Assembly (NCBI GenBank): GCA_043228905.1
Contig: JBHGNT010000016.1
Span: 17,050,001-17,114,000, forward strand
Direction: 5' to 3'
DNA from: Azolla caroliniana
Lineage: Eukaryota; Plantae; Polypodiophyta
Length of the DNA: 64,000 bases
Positions 36,419-50,500 of the stretch are shown here, one piece after another. The translations under genes were made by a program, and so were the position numbers. Position 1 is the first letter of the stretch, and every line of letters starts with the position of its first letter. The notes below the pieces were generated by a model. That model did no database searches, was not told the DNA's origin, and saw only the letters and a list, made by a program, of their open reading frames with translations.

Positions 36419-39400
36419 GGTGAAAACACACAATTATATTAATAAATGTGTGTAAAAAACACTACTTACAATGGGTGTGACCATGAAGTATGGTCACCCA
36501 CTTACTACACTACACTACATGGGTAGTGGAACATGTTGAATTGCCAATAGGCAAGACGAACACTCCACTTAGGAAAGGATTTCCACTTGCTCCAATAAAG
36601 AAAATTGTCACATTAGTACTCCCTTCAACTTTCGTAGATATGCTTTCACTCTATGTCTACCATCGAGTACAAAAGCGTTGCGCATATTCCAATTATGACA
36701 CAATCCCCAATATCTCAAAAATAGAAAAACAATCTCCATCTCTGACTTTGGGTCCACCTGTGTAAATTGTGCAAACACCCACTGTCTAGGTGTCAAATAA
36801 CACCGTGATAAAACTTGCCAAATGTGAGAAATGTAACTCCAAATCTGAGAAGCAATCAGACATTGTATAAATTGATGAGTACTATCTTCCATTTGACTAG
36901 TGCAAAAAAAGCAATTACCCATTGCTAGTCCACGACGCTTTAGAGCTAATCCCAAATGCAATCCTCCAATCAAAACTCTCCAAATGAAGACCTTTGCTAC
37001 AAGTGGCAATTTAGAATGCCAACTACATTGTAAAATTTGCCACCACCCATGATTAGATTTGTGTAATCTCCATTCTTCTTCAGCCTTAGATAATAACCAT
37101 CCAAGAGACTCAACAAAGCAATGATACAAAAGATTAGTAGTCACTTGTAACAATGATGTTTGTCCCTTTAAACACCAATCAATCCACGGTTGTTCTCCTA
37201 TTTGTAGAGGGGACCTTGCATCAATGGAATATTTTGTAGTTGTTGCCAAATAAACCCATAATAAGGCGGAATGCGTAATAATAGTCGCGCTTCAACAAAC
37301 TCCAAAATTCTTTGAGATGGAACCTCAACTATATCTCCCACCTCTTTGACCCCCAAACGAAACAAACAATTAAATTGAGAGCGCAATCTCTCCTTTCCTG
37401 GCCAACATAATAACCGAGAAGACACAAGTAACTCTTTTTGCAAAGAATTACAATGCTCTCTACTAGATGATGGTTTCCATACACATAACAAGAGTGCTTC
37501 TTGCCATGAGGTAACCAAGTGCTGAACACATATAGAGCCTGGAATCCTAAGTGAAATACATCCATTTAGTAATTTCCACCATGAAGCCTTAATTGTTGTC
37601 CTCCCATGTGTTAAACCCTTGTTCTCAATGAAATATTGAACAATAGATATCCATGGTTATGAGTTTGAACACATATGTCTTGTAATAATGAAAATCTACG
37701 AGCCATCATATGCTTAGATAAGTTCGATATTCCAGCTCCCCCCAAGCGCTTAGGAGTTGCTAGATGATTCCATGCAACCCAAGTGATTCTCATCTTTATC
37801 CCTCTTCTTCCACAACAAATATCGAAGAGGTTGCAAAATAGAATGCAAAGCATTCTTTGTCCATGGCAGCAATGACAAGTAATATAACGTCATAGGTTCC
37901 ATAATACATTGTACAACCTTCAAACGTACATGAAATGACCAAGATTGTGATTTCCAATACATGAACTTATCCCTCAACGTACTAGACATCCATTCAATCA
38001 ATTGACCATTTGTAACATTCATTCCTAATGGATAGCTCAAGTGTTGAAAAATAGAGCCTTTCTTCACCATGGATCCTTGTCATCCTAAACATTCTAAATC
38101 CCTTTCAGTACATGATATGAGACTAGACTTCCTCCAATTAATATGTAATCCGGAAGCCAATGCAAATTGGTTCCATACAAGCATACCCTTCTCAAGATTC
38201 TCTCGTGAGGCTTGTAGAAACATGAAAGAATCATTTGCCAAAGCTTGTGCAACTAGTTACCCTACAGACGGAAGGTGTAGACCCACAATATCACCATTTG
38301 TTGCAAGCCTTCATAGCATCACTAACAATGGATGAGTAACAATAGCAAACAACAACGGGCTAATAGGGCATCCTTGACGAATGGATCTTGTAAGGGAAAT
38401 ATCTGATGTAACTCCCCCATTAAGCATGACTCGAGACATCGCATCTTGTCCTAATAAAAATATGATGCGAGACATACGAGGTCCAAAGCCCATTGTATGC
38501 ATTAACCCAGAAACAAAGGACCAATTAACATGATCATAAAATTTCTCCAAATCTAATTGCACCATAATCAATTCTTGATGAGTGTTTCGAGCATAATCCA
38601 TGGCCATTTGAACATTCAACACATTATGCAATATATTCCTACCTGCAATAAAACCATATTGGGTGGGATGTATCAACTTTGGCAAATACTTTTCTAATCT
38701 ATTTGCCAAGACCTTTGTAAATATCTTATACAACCCCTCCCCCCCCCCCCCCCCCCCCCTCATCAAAGAAATAGGTCTCCATTGATGAAATGACTCTAGA
38801 GATGTCACCTTTGGAACTAATTTAGTTAGACCAACCTTCCAAGCTTGAGGCATACGACCAAAATCCCAAGAATGTTGAAACATCAAAGTTAAGGGCCCCT
38901 TTAAAATGTTCGAATATTGCTTAAAAATTTCATTTGTCAAGCCATCCCAACCAGGGCTCTTACGACTAGGAAGATGCCTTAAAACTCTGTCCACCTCATC
39001 CTCAATAAAATCTGTTGGGAAATCGGTCCCTTCGGATGGGATCCGGTGACGAATGAAGAGGACCCAGTGAGAACTGGAAGAGAAGACATATTTGTAAATA
39101 TGTTTTGAGTAAGCCTATTGAGGCCATATTTGTAAATAGCCCTAAGTTCATATAAGTATAAATATGACTTAGGGCAATCACATTAGAAGCGAGATGTGAG
39201 AGTTGTATATCATTGTAACTGTTGTACAGAGAGCGATAGAGAGAGTGTGTTTGAGTATAGAGTGATAGTCTGTTGTAACCGCTGGTTGGCGAAGAAACAG
39301 AGCTCGAGGTCATTGCCTTCGAATCTCTGATTGTACCTTTCTCATATAGTGATAGTTTGGAGTCTGTGGGCTCCCGTGGTTTTTCCCTATTTGGGTTTTC

Positions 39401-42400
39401 CATGTAAACATCCTGTGTACTCTCTATTTGTTTGTGTGTGTACGTGCGTTCACTCTCTACTTCCCATTTCTGTGATTCAAGACTTGGTTGTGGCCGAGCA
39501 ATATTCCGCGTTATTCTCTATAATTTGGTATCAGAGCGAACAACACAGAAAATGGAAGAATTGTTCGGCGGCATGTTCAAGCTCACCGGTTCCAACTACT
39601 TAGTGTGGAAGTCAAAGATGAGGGATATGTTGGCGGTCAAAGATCTTTGGTTGCCGGTTCAATTCGGGGACAAGAAACTAGATAAGATCGACACCACAAT
39701 GTGGGAGGTGATGCACATGAAGACGATGACATACATCCGGTGCTTTATCGACATGAGCATGTACAACAACTTCAATGAAGAGAGCAAGGATCATGAACTC
39801 TGGGAGAAGATCGGCATCATGTTCCAGAACAAGAATGTTGTTAATCAAGTTTCGGTATTCCGGAAGCTAGTGAGGCTCCAGTGCCAAGACGGCTCCAATA
39901 TGGCGTATCACATGAATGCCTTCCAGGGACTGATCCATCAGGCAACCTCGTTGGAAGTACCTCTCACCGATGAGGCACTTGCATTGCTCTTGCTCGATTC
40001 CCTCTCGGATAGCTGGGAGATGTTTTTTGTCACGTTGGGCAACACCGGGCCAAAAGGAAAGCAGTTGTCCCTAGCAAGGGTAAAATAAAGCTTGCTAGAT
40101 GAAGAAGCTCGCCGGAAGGACCGGGAGTCCGGAACCGATTCGAAGGCCTTGGTCATGGAAGATGATCACAAATCGGGGATGAGGTCGAAGTCAAGGGGGA
40201 GGCCCACTTGCTTCTACTGTAGGAAGTCGGGGTACTTCCAGAAGAACTATCGGCACTTTCGGAAAGAGAAAGAAACCGGCACTACCGATTCGAAGAAGAG
40301 TTCAGATCAAAACGGTTCGGACCGAAGAGGCCCGGATCAGAAAGGAACGTTGGCAATTGCGACAAGTGAAGAAGAACTGATGCTCATTACCGAGGAGAAT
40401 GAGTTAAACCTTGTCGACGACGAGATAATGTGGGTTGTCAATTCCGGAGCATCGTTCCACCTGACACCGAATCGGAGATGCTTCTCATCCTACATAGCCG
40501 GTGATCATGGTTGTGTCTAGATGGGGAATAAAGGTACATGCCGAATTATCGGCATAGGAGATGTGTCGTCGATGACATCAATCGGATGCAAGTTGTTGTT
40601 GAAGGATGTCTGACACGTTCCGGAGGTTTGACTGAACCTGATATCAACTGGTCGGCTAGATGATGAAGGCTACATGGGTAGCATCTGGAACGGAGTCATG
40701 AAGTTTAGCAAGGGAAACTTGATAGTGGCTTGAGCCCGGAAGATCAACACATTGTACTTGATGAATACCCGGATATGCCAGGAAGAAGTGAACGTAGCAT
40801 CCGACATTGTCGATGAGCTGTGGCACAAAAGACTGTGTCAAATGAGTGAGAAGGGGATGAAAGGCTTGCCGAAGACAACCTCATTCCGGTGAAGGACGTG
40901 CAACTTGAGAATTGCACCGATCTTTGGCCGGTAGGCAAAACCGAACCTCCTTCCGGTCAAGACCTCTGATGAGACGGAATGCACCACTGGAGTTGGTGCA
41001 TACCGATGTGTGTCAAGTGGACATGAAGTCACATGCCGGATCGTAGTACTTCGTGATGTTCATAGATGACCACAGCCGGAAGTTGTGGGTCTCATCGTTG
41101 AAGACAAAGGATCAGGTGCTATCCGTCTTCAAGGAACTCCACGCGAGAATGGAAAGAGAAACCGGTTAGAAGCTGAAGGTGGTTCAAGTAGATAACGGAG
41201 GAGAATACCGAGGGCAGTTCGAGGAGTACTACCGGTCGAAGGGAATCCGACTCGAATTTACCGTGCCGAAGACGCCGGAATTGAACGGGTTGGCCGAAAG
41301 GATGAACCGAACCATAATGGAGAGAGTCCGGAGCATGCTCGCACATGCCAAGTTACCAAAGACATTCTAGGCTGAGGCACTGACGACGATGACCTATGTG
41401 ATAAACAGATCACCCTCAGTACCCTGGGGAGGAGACTCACCTCAAAGAGTATGGACCACTAAGGACGTATCCTACCGGCATCTGGAGGTGTTTGGATGTC
41501 TCGCTTACGTGCATGTGGTGAAGGACAAGAGAACAAAGCTGGATTCGAAGTCCTGACCATGCATATTCCTTGGATACGACGATGATGAGTTCAGTTATCG
41601 GGTGTGGGATCTAGTCGACAAGAAGGTATTCCAGAGTCGAGACATAGTTTTCATGGAAGACACGACCATTGCCAACTAGGAGTTGGAGAAGAAGGTGATG
41701 AACTCTGGATCATCCAATGAAAACCGGCTTGAGGACACAAGGATATACCCAGTTGAAAACCAGATGTTAGCCAGTAACCGGATGACACTCGACGAACCGG
41801 CCGGATACGGACAAGAAACCAAACCGACTGAAGAAGAAGTCACTGGAACCAGACAAGATCCCGAATCGGATTCGGATTCGGAATAGACGGAGGAACCGGT
41901 AGTCAAAAACCAAGGACAGAGATATCCTCTCCGAGAGAGAAGAGCCCCCCGGAGATTTCCGGATGCAGAGCATGTGTTGCTAACCGATGAGGGGGAGCCG
42001 GAAAGCTTCGAAGAAGCAAAGAGAGACACCCACATGCAGGATGAGATGGATTCCCTGCATGAGAACCACACATATGAACTGACGGAGTTGCCGAAAGGGA
42101 AGAGGGCACTCTGGAACAAGTGGGTGTATAAGTTGAAACCGGGAGATGTCGGAAACCTGTCGAGATACAAAGCCCGAATTGTAGTGAAGGGTTTCCAACA
42201 GAAGAAGAGAGTGGACTTTGATGAGATTTTTGCCCCGGTAGTTAAGATGACATCCATCTGGACGGTATTGAGCATAGCGACAAGCATGGACCTCGAGGTA
42301 GAGCAACTGGATGTCAAGACGGCATTCCTACATGGCAACCTCGAAGAAGAGATCTACATGCATCAACCGGAAGGATTTGAGAAGAAAGGGAAGGAGCACC

Positions 42401-44531
42401 TAGTGTGCTGGCTGAAGAAGAGCTTATACGGACTGAAGCAAGCTCCCCGACAATGGTACCGGAAGTTCGACTCCTTCATGACGACCAAGGGTACCACAAA
42501 ACGCAAGACGATCACTACGTGTTTGTGAAGAAATTTGACGGAGGAGATTTCCTGATACTCCTCTTGTATGTGGATGATATGTTGATCGTTGGATGAGACC
42601 AAGGCAAGATTCAGATGTTGAAGAAGGCCCTGAACCGGACCTTCTCAATGAAAGACTTCGGTCCGGCAAGACAGATATTGGGAATGCACATCATCCGGGA
42701 CCGGTCGAAGAAGCTGTTGTGGTTGTCACAGGAGAAGTATGTGACAAAGGTGCTTCAACGGTTCAACATGTTGGAGGCGAAGCCGGTTGGATCGACACTT
42801 CCGACAATTTGCAAGCTATTCGGAAAACAAAGTCCGAGGACAAAGACAAAGAAGACAAATATGATGAAGATACCATATGCCTCTACCGTCAGAAGCTTGA
42901 TGTACACAATGGTATGTACCCGAGCGGATATCGTATATGCAGTCAGAGTGGTAAGCTGGTTCATGAGCAATCTGGGAAGAGAGCATTGGAACGTGGTCAA
43001 GTGGATACTCCGGTATCTGAAAGGCGCCTCGACTGTGTGCCTTCGGTTCGGCTCCGGTAATCCCCAACTTGACGAATTCACGGATTCGGATATGTCGGCT
43101 GATGCGGATACCAATCGGTCTACATGCAGATATGTCATGACTTATGCAGGGGGAGCTATTTCGTGGCAGTCGAGGCTGCAGAAGATGGTTGCGTTGTCAA
43201 CCACGGAGGCAGAGTACATGACAGTTGTAGAAGCCGATAAGGAGATAATCTAGATGAAGGACTTCATCGGAGAGCTAGGAATCCAACATGAGGAATAAAG
43301 GCTCTACTGCAACATTCAAAGTGCCATCCACCTTTCAAAGAACGCGGCCTACCATTCCCGGATGAAACATATCCAGCGGAGGTACCACTAGATCCGGGAG
43401 AGAGTAGAAGATCAAGAGTTCGTGCTGACGAAAATCCACACGGAGGAGAACAGGTCGGATATGCTGACCAAGGTGTTGACGACTGACAAGTTGGACGCAT
43501 GCCGAAAGCGGATCGGGCTGATGAGACATCCCATGCCAGAGTGAAGGAGGAGATTGTTGGGAAATTGGTCCCTCCGGATGGGATCCGGTGACGAATGAAG
43601 AGGATCCGGTGAGAACCGAAAGAGAGCTGGTGAGAACTGAAAGAGAAGACATATTTGTAAATATGTTTTGAGTAGGCCTATTGAGGCTATATTTGTAAAT
43701 AGCCCTAAGTTCATATAAGTATAAATATGACTTAGGGTAATCACTTTAGAAGCGAGATGTGAGAGTTGTATATCGTTGCAACTGTTGTATAGAGAGCGAT
43801 AGAGAGAGTGTGTGTGTGTGTGAGATACAGAGTGATAGTCTGTTGTAATTGTCGGTTGGCGAAGAAATAGAGCTCGAGGTCGTTGCCTCCGAGTCTCTAA
43901 TTGTACCTTTCTCGTATAGTGATAGTTTGGAGTCTGTGGGCTCCCGTGTGTTGCCGATTAGGAACACGGTCCGCGGTCAGTCCTTCGACCTAGACCTCCA
44001 AGTGGGTGTGGAACAACGAATACGCGTCTAAGCATAATGCGTAGGGGAATGTTCCTTGTAACCTATCAGCGTATAAGGGAGACGGCTACAACCGAATCCT
44101 TAGCAAGGGTTACACTTACGTTCTTACACGCTCAGGTATTCAAGACACACACAGGGGATTAGCCGTAGCTATACACAAAAAATCAAAGAAGATAGAATTC
44201 TATTATGAGACGTTTCTTTACATTCCCAAAATTACACGCTCCCTCTATCAGAGATTTTCTGCCCTTTATATACGCAGGGTCTATCTAGCCATTCACGCTT
44301 CCTGCGTGAACCGTTACATGCGTTATGATCTTATATTATTTCTTATTCCTACGCTCTTGTCCGTCGATTACTATTCTGGCGGACAACACCTGGCATGCCT
44401 GTGGGACAGTGCCCTGGCACATCGGACCCATCCCGTTAATCCTCTTCCAAAATGGCCCGGATGTTTGGCTCTGCTGCGGTGTCCGCGTCCGAAGGCGACG
44501 TAGGGCCCGTAGTTGCATCGTGGTGTGGCTC

Positions 44532-47390
44532 TCATGTTTGGTCGGACTGGTTTCTCCCGGTGTCCCAGTCGTCGTGTGTGGGCGGTCCGGGTACGGTGGG
44601 CTCTTCTTGAGCTAGTGGGTTGGGCTTCGCCGTCGTCGTGCTTGCAATTGGCCGCGTTTCTGTCTCAATCGTTACTTCCTCCATGGTGGCGGTCGTCTTT
44701 GTACGTACCGGGGAGTGGGGCGGCGATTCCGCCTGGCTCGCACCATTCTCCGTGTGGTCCGATGATAGCGTGGGTTCGAGCGGATGAACCTCGTCTTGGG
44801 CAGTGGTTTCACTGTCTGGTATTGTGGGGGACTCCGCTCGTCGGTCCGCGCTGTTCACCGTCGTCGTAATTTCTGGTGATCGGGCCTGAGGTTCCTCTTC
44901 TTCGGTCGTGCCCGGAATTGGTGTCGCGCTAGATTCCTCGCTTGTTCGTGTGTTGTTGGCTTGTGTGATCTGGTGAAATAGCACCTCCTAGCTTTCACCA
45001 AAATCATCTAAGAGTTGCGCGAGTTCTTCGGAGTGTTGGTTCGCTAACGCACGATAGTCTTGTGCTAGGTCCTCTCATACGGCCGCAATGCTCTCCTCAT
45101 TTAGTTTATAGAACCCTCGACCGTCTTTTCGCCGGTTCTCCCTATCCGCACGATACACGTGCAATTCCGCTGCTTGGGTTGCCCACGCCATCCATCCTTT
45201 GTCCAACGTCGTTTTCAATTGCGCTGTGAACCTCTCCCGATTTGTTTGGAGAAGGATACGCACGTTATCTGTGATGGCCTGGCAACGGTTGCGTGTGTCA
45301 TCCATCGACTTTTGGAGGTTTGCAATTTCTTGTTGTTTAAGCACCGCCGCTTCTTCGTACGTGGCCTTCAGGCCCGCCCACAGTTGGGCTTCCATTGCAT
45401 GTTGTTCTTCTAATTTCCCCATTTCATTGTTTAGGCAGATTTCGAGTTGATGCCTTCTTTCTTGTTCGACCACTAGCTGCTCGTCGAACCATACCTTCTT
45501 TTTCGCTATTAAGGCCCGGAGTCTTGCGATTGCCGCCTCCGATTTCTTTGCGTCCTCCCGTAATTGGGCGTTTTCGTCTTTTGTCCGGATGTGTTGAGCT
45601 ACCTCTGTAGCGAGTTTCTCTTCAAGGGTTTTTACTGCCTTCCGGTCGTTAGCCCGTATCTCCTTTTCTCTTTCTGAGGATTGGCGTAGTTCAGCTCGAA
45701 GGCGGTCAATTTCTAATTCCACTAGTTGCATGACCCTTTTCGCTTTTGAGGAAATGGTAGTCTAAGCCTCAATTTATTCCTTTAAAGCGTCGATGGCGTG
45801 GTTTGGTGGCGGAGCTGCATGTTGCACCGTAGTCGCGTTAGCTTCCAACTCCGCGATGCGTTCGTTGGCTTTTTCCAGTTCGGCTTGGGTCAGTTTCACC
45901 TTCTTCCAGACATTCTTATTTTTAATGGCCATCTCCTTGGCGCCCGTGCTGACCTTCGCCAGTTCCCTATGGACTTCGACTAGGACCGTATTTAATGGGG
46001 GTATCTCCATCCCCACTCGATGTACCCCGGCGTTCCTTTGTCTACCGACCCTGGCTAACCGGTCCTCATCGTCGCTCTCTGCCCTTTGTGTTAGGGCGCA
46101 CTCGATCATATAGCGTTCCGCATGCTCTCCGGCCATTCGTTGGGAGGCTTTGACCTGTTGTGTTGCCAAGAATTCCATGAGCTCGAAAGAAGTTCCGAAC
46201 TGTAAGAGGGCGCTGAACTCATGGGCCGTATCCAGGATATCCGGATATGCCAAAACCTCGCTTTCCACCGTCCATACAGTTTTCCCTCGTTGGGATTGGG
46301 TCGTAATGATAGGTCGTGGCTCCCGGATGATTTTGAAGGTGGTATTGGGTTCCGTGGCTACGGAGCCATCGCCTTCGGTCGGTGTCTCTGTTGCCGTGGG
46401 CACGTCTTTGACCAACCCCCGCCCATCTTTCCTGTCCAATCTACGTCGTTTCGGTCTGGGGCTATCTTGCCGTGTTTCAGTGTCTGGCTCTGGGGCTGCT
46501 TCCACGGAACGTGCCGGCTGTTCCTCCTGTGTTATCTGTGTGTCCGGTTGGTCGGTAGTTGTTGTCCCCGGGTCTGGCTGGGCGGGTTGGGGTTCCTCTT
46601 CCCACTCTGGGGCCGTTAACTCCGCTAACCTACGTTTCGCGGATCGGGGCGGGGGCGTGGGTCGGCTGGGCTGCAATGCCGGCAGGCCTCGGGGTGGGAA
46701 TAGTACCGTAAGGTATTGTTGTATGATCGGCCTGAGCTTTTTGCCTGCCTGATATGCGTGCAGGCCTTCCCTTAACGCCGACCCTATGATGACCCCCCAA
46801 TCGACCGCACGCCCTTCAAAGGTATTGATAATGATGCCCACCTTCTGCTTGGGCATCCCATATGCGTTGACATGTACACAGCCGACTTCTAGCAGGAACT
46901 TGGCGACTTCACGGAAGAAGGGATCTGGAATCTGCTTCGTTCTATAGGCCTTGGCGGAGGAGGAATATGGCCCGAAATTTCGTTGCAGCGCCTCTGCAGG
47001 AGGAATTTCGAAATGCCTTTCTCCTAGCGATGACAGGTCCAACTTCTGTCGGATGGAGGAGTTGGTGACCATGTCGATGTTAAGCTTCCTGGCGATGTCC
47101 ATGGCATTTGGGTGTGGGGGTGCTTCTACGACCCGGATGTACCCATCTAGGCGTTCCTCCACGAGCCATCGGCGTAAGGCAGTAGAGATGAAGATCGGCA
47201 TCGCCAGAGGAGGTTCGTGGGAAGGAGACTGGTGGTTGCGGTGGGCTGAAGCTCTATGATAGGATAGAGCAGAAGGTGAGGGGGAGGAGCGATGGGAGCG
47301 TTGATAGCTAGAAGATGGGTTTCTGTTTTGTGCAGAAAATCTTCTATTTCCTTCCTTTTGTGGCTTAGGGTTCATTGGGCGGTGAGCCAT
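44532..47390 (-). pseudogene. Extra sense ORF downstream of pol (~950 codons, interrupted by in-frame stops), with coiled-coil C-half
   Basis: ORFs 45774-47390, 45075-45731 and 44532-44984 are all in the same frame, between integrase and the 3' LTR. Confidence 0.75.
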
Positions 47391-47589
47391 CGTGGTGCCG
47401 CGTGTTCTTGAACTAGGAGTTTGTGCATGCCTTTAGTCGTTTTAATAGTCACTATCTTCTCCTTTTCTTTTCGTAACGGTTATCTACAACCTATTTTTAC
47501 ATTATGGTACAAGTGGGGCCGCTCATTTGCGATGCGGGTTCTCCGGCTCTGTCCTGTTAGGCGGTGAATGGGTTAGGTGGCGTAGGGCC

Positions 47590-50500
47590 CAGGTAAGGTT
47601 TGAGCCGAAACCCATTCACCTTTTGCCGTACTACTTCCCCGGCCAGCATACCTAGTTGGAACGTGCCTTGTTCCGCTCCAATTATCCAGTATGGGCCGGT
47701 CCAGCGGAATCATAACTTCCCTGGCATATGGCCCATGCGAGTTTGGAAAACCAACACCGCTCGACCCATGGTGAACTCCTTTTCCTTTGCGTTCCGATGT
47801 CGATCCACAAATGCTTTACACCGTCGTTGTTCCTGCTCCAACACAGCCATGCTGTGTACGCGTTTTTCCCTGAGTTCGAGAAGTTGGTGGAGCCGTACCT
47901 CCTTCGACTTGGCTTTTGATAGTCGGTTCCGTACCTGAATTCGCAAACTGGGTACCTGAAATTCGAACGGCATCACAGCCTCCAGCCCAAACGCTAGTCG
48001 AAACGGTGTTGATTGTATGCTTGTTTTGTAGTTGGTTCTGTACGCCCATAACGCACTCTGTAATTTAGTATCCCAGTCCGTTCTATTTTCATTAATGATT
48101 TTCTTCAAAATGGTCTGCAACGTCTTGTTTGTGGATTCTGCTAATCCATTCGCTTGCGGATAATATGGCATACTCTTCTTATGGACTACGGCGTAATGAT
48201 GTGTTAGTTCTCGAACCACCGTATTGAGAAAGTGACTCCCCTGGTCACTGATGAGCTCAATCGAACAGCCGAACCGGCACCAAATGTGCTCGTAAAGGAA
48301 TCTTGTTGTGACGGCTGCCGTATTTTCCCATACTGCCTTTGCTTCTACCCACTTGGTGCAATAATCCGTGGCTACCAATATGTATTTATTGCCCATACGG
48401 GCTACCGCCGATGTGAAGGGCCCCACAAAATCCAATCCCCACTTTTGGAAGGGGTGTAGCGGTAATATGGGCTGGTGTCGCATCCTTGCGCCCTCCGCGG
48501 GTTGTCCCATCCGTTGACACAGATCACACATTCTACAATACACGGATGCGATCTTCTACATTGTTGGCCACCATAGGCCCGCCTGCCATACTTTCCGGGC
48601 AGTGACATCGCCCGCGTAATGGCCGCTTGTCGTGCCGCAATGTGCTTCCCGTAAAACTGCTTCCTTCTCATCCTGTCGTACCCCACGTCGCCAAATGCCG
48701 TCACTTCCTTTGTGATATAAAACGCCTTCGACGAGGCAGAAGTGACGGCTTCGGATGGCTAGTCGTTTCTTCTCGTCCATGCGTAATTGTGGTGGAGGCA
48801 GTTCTGTAGTCAAAAAGTACGTCATTTCCATAAGCCACCGGTCTAGAAAGGTCGATTCCGTTCTTTCTGCTAGTGTTGCTACCCACAGGATATTGGCGTC
48901 CGGAAAATCGTCGTCATCTTTCTGTACTGTTTCTCCATTCTCGAGTCTGCTCAAAAAATCCGCCACTACATATTGCATCCCTGGTCGGTGCTGGATTACG
49001 AAATCGAATTCCTGGAGCAGCAGCATCCACCGCGCCAATTTCCCCGTTAGGGCTTGTTTCTCCACCAAATATAGCAGCGCCGAATGATCCACGTGGAACG
49101 TGAATTTCATTCCTAATAAATAATGCCGGAATTTATTGATGCTATAGATCATCCCTATCGCCTCCCGCTCCGTTGTGGAATAGTTACGCTCTACTGTTGA
49201 TAATTTGCGACTAGCGTAGTATACTGGCCAGTACCAGTTTGGTTCGGTGAGTTGCATTAGTGCACTTCCTATTGCTATGTCTGAGGCATCGACGAACACG
49301 TGGAATGGCTTCGCCCAAACTAGTGATTGTACGATGGGAGCCTGTGTGAGCATTATCTTAAGTGCCTCATAGGCCTTATCCTCCGTTGCAGTCCAGTGGA
49401 AAGGAGTCCGATGTACGACAGCATGTAACAGCGTGGCGAAGTCCGCCAAATACCGTATCATCCGACTATGCCACCGTATTTGTCCTAAAAACCGGCTGAG
49501 CGATTTGGCGTTTGTCAGAGTTTTGGCTTGCGTAATCGCGGAGATCTTGTTCAGATCAACCGCTATTCCCTCCTTGCCGACTATATGGCCCAGGAGAGTC
49601 CCGCTGGTCACGCCAAAAGCACATTTTGCGGGATTCAGGCTTAAGCGTGCGGTGCGGCAACGTTCTAGGCACAGTTGTAAGTGCGTACAATGGTCTATTG
49701 TTCTCCCATATACCACAAAGTCGTCTAAAAAAACTTGCATGAACGCCGGAATGTATTCCCCAAATATCTCCGTAATTGTCCGTTGAAATGTTGTCGGCGT
49801 CGTCTTTAGCCCGAACATCATGACGACTGCCACATATACTCCCAAGTCCGTGACAAATGCCGTCTTTTCTTGGTCCTCGGGATGCATGCCTACCTAGTTA
49901 TAGCCACTGAAGCCATCTAAACAATTGTACATCTCATGACCTGTGACGACGTCCAGTAGGCTATCGGTGAAGGGTAAGGGAAATGCGTCCGTAATGGTTA
50001 CAACGTTTAATTTTCAGTAATCTACGCATACCCGTATTTTGCCGTTTTTCTTTGGAACGACCACTATCGGGCTTAACCATGTCGCTTGTTTAACTGGTCG
50101 TATGAACCCCGCCTTCAGGAGCTTGTCAATTTCTTCTTTCACGCGGGTCACGTAGTTTGGGTTCATGCGGTAGCGGCGCTGCTGGACGGACTTCGCGTCA
50201 GTTGCTAAATTGATCTTATGCTGATAGAACTCGGGATCTAACCCACCCCTTCATGTCCTCGTGAGGCCAAGCGAACACATCCTTATATTCCGTGAGTAGT
50301 GCGATGATCGTGTTTCGCTCGTCCGGCCTTAATTCCTTTGCGATGGAGAGGAAACGGCGCTTCGATTCCGTACCCACATTTACTTCTTCCAGGGCGGAAG
50401 CGGTGACTCGTCGTGAAATCTCCATTTCCCTTTTGAATGCCGCTCGTGCTCTGTTGAGTTCCAATATGGAATCTGGGTTTGATTCGTAAGCCTCGTCATG

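Noticed and set aside
48248-48280. CTGATGAGCTC.. resembling a second hammerhead core
   Set aside because: It is followed by GAACC rather than GAAA, has no proper stems, and is the antisense of integrase codons (IELISDQG).
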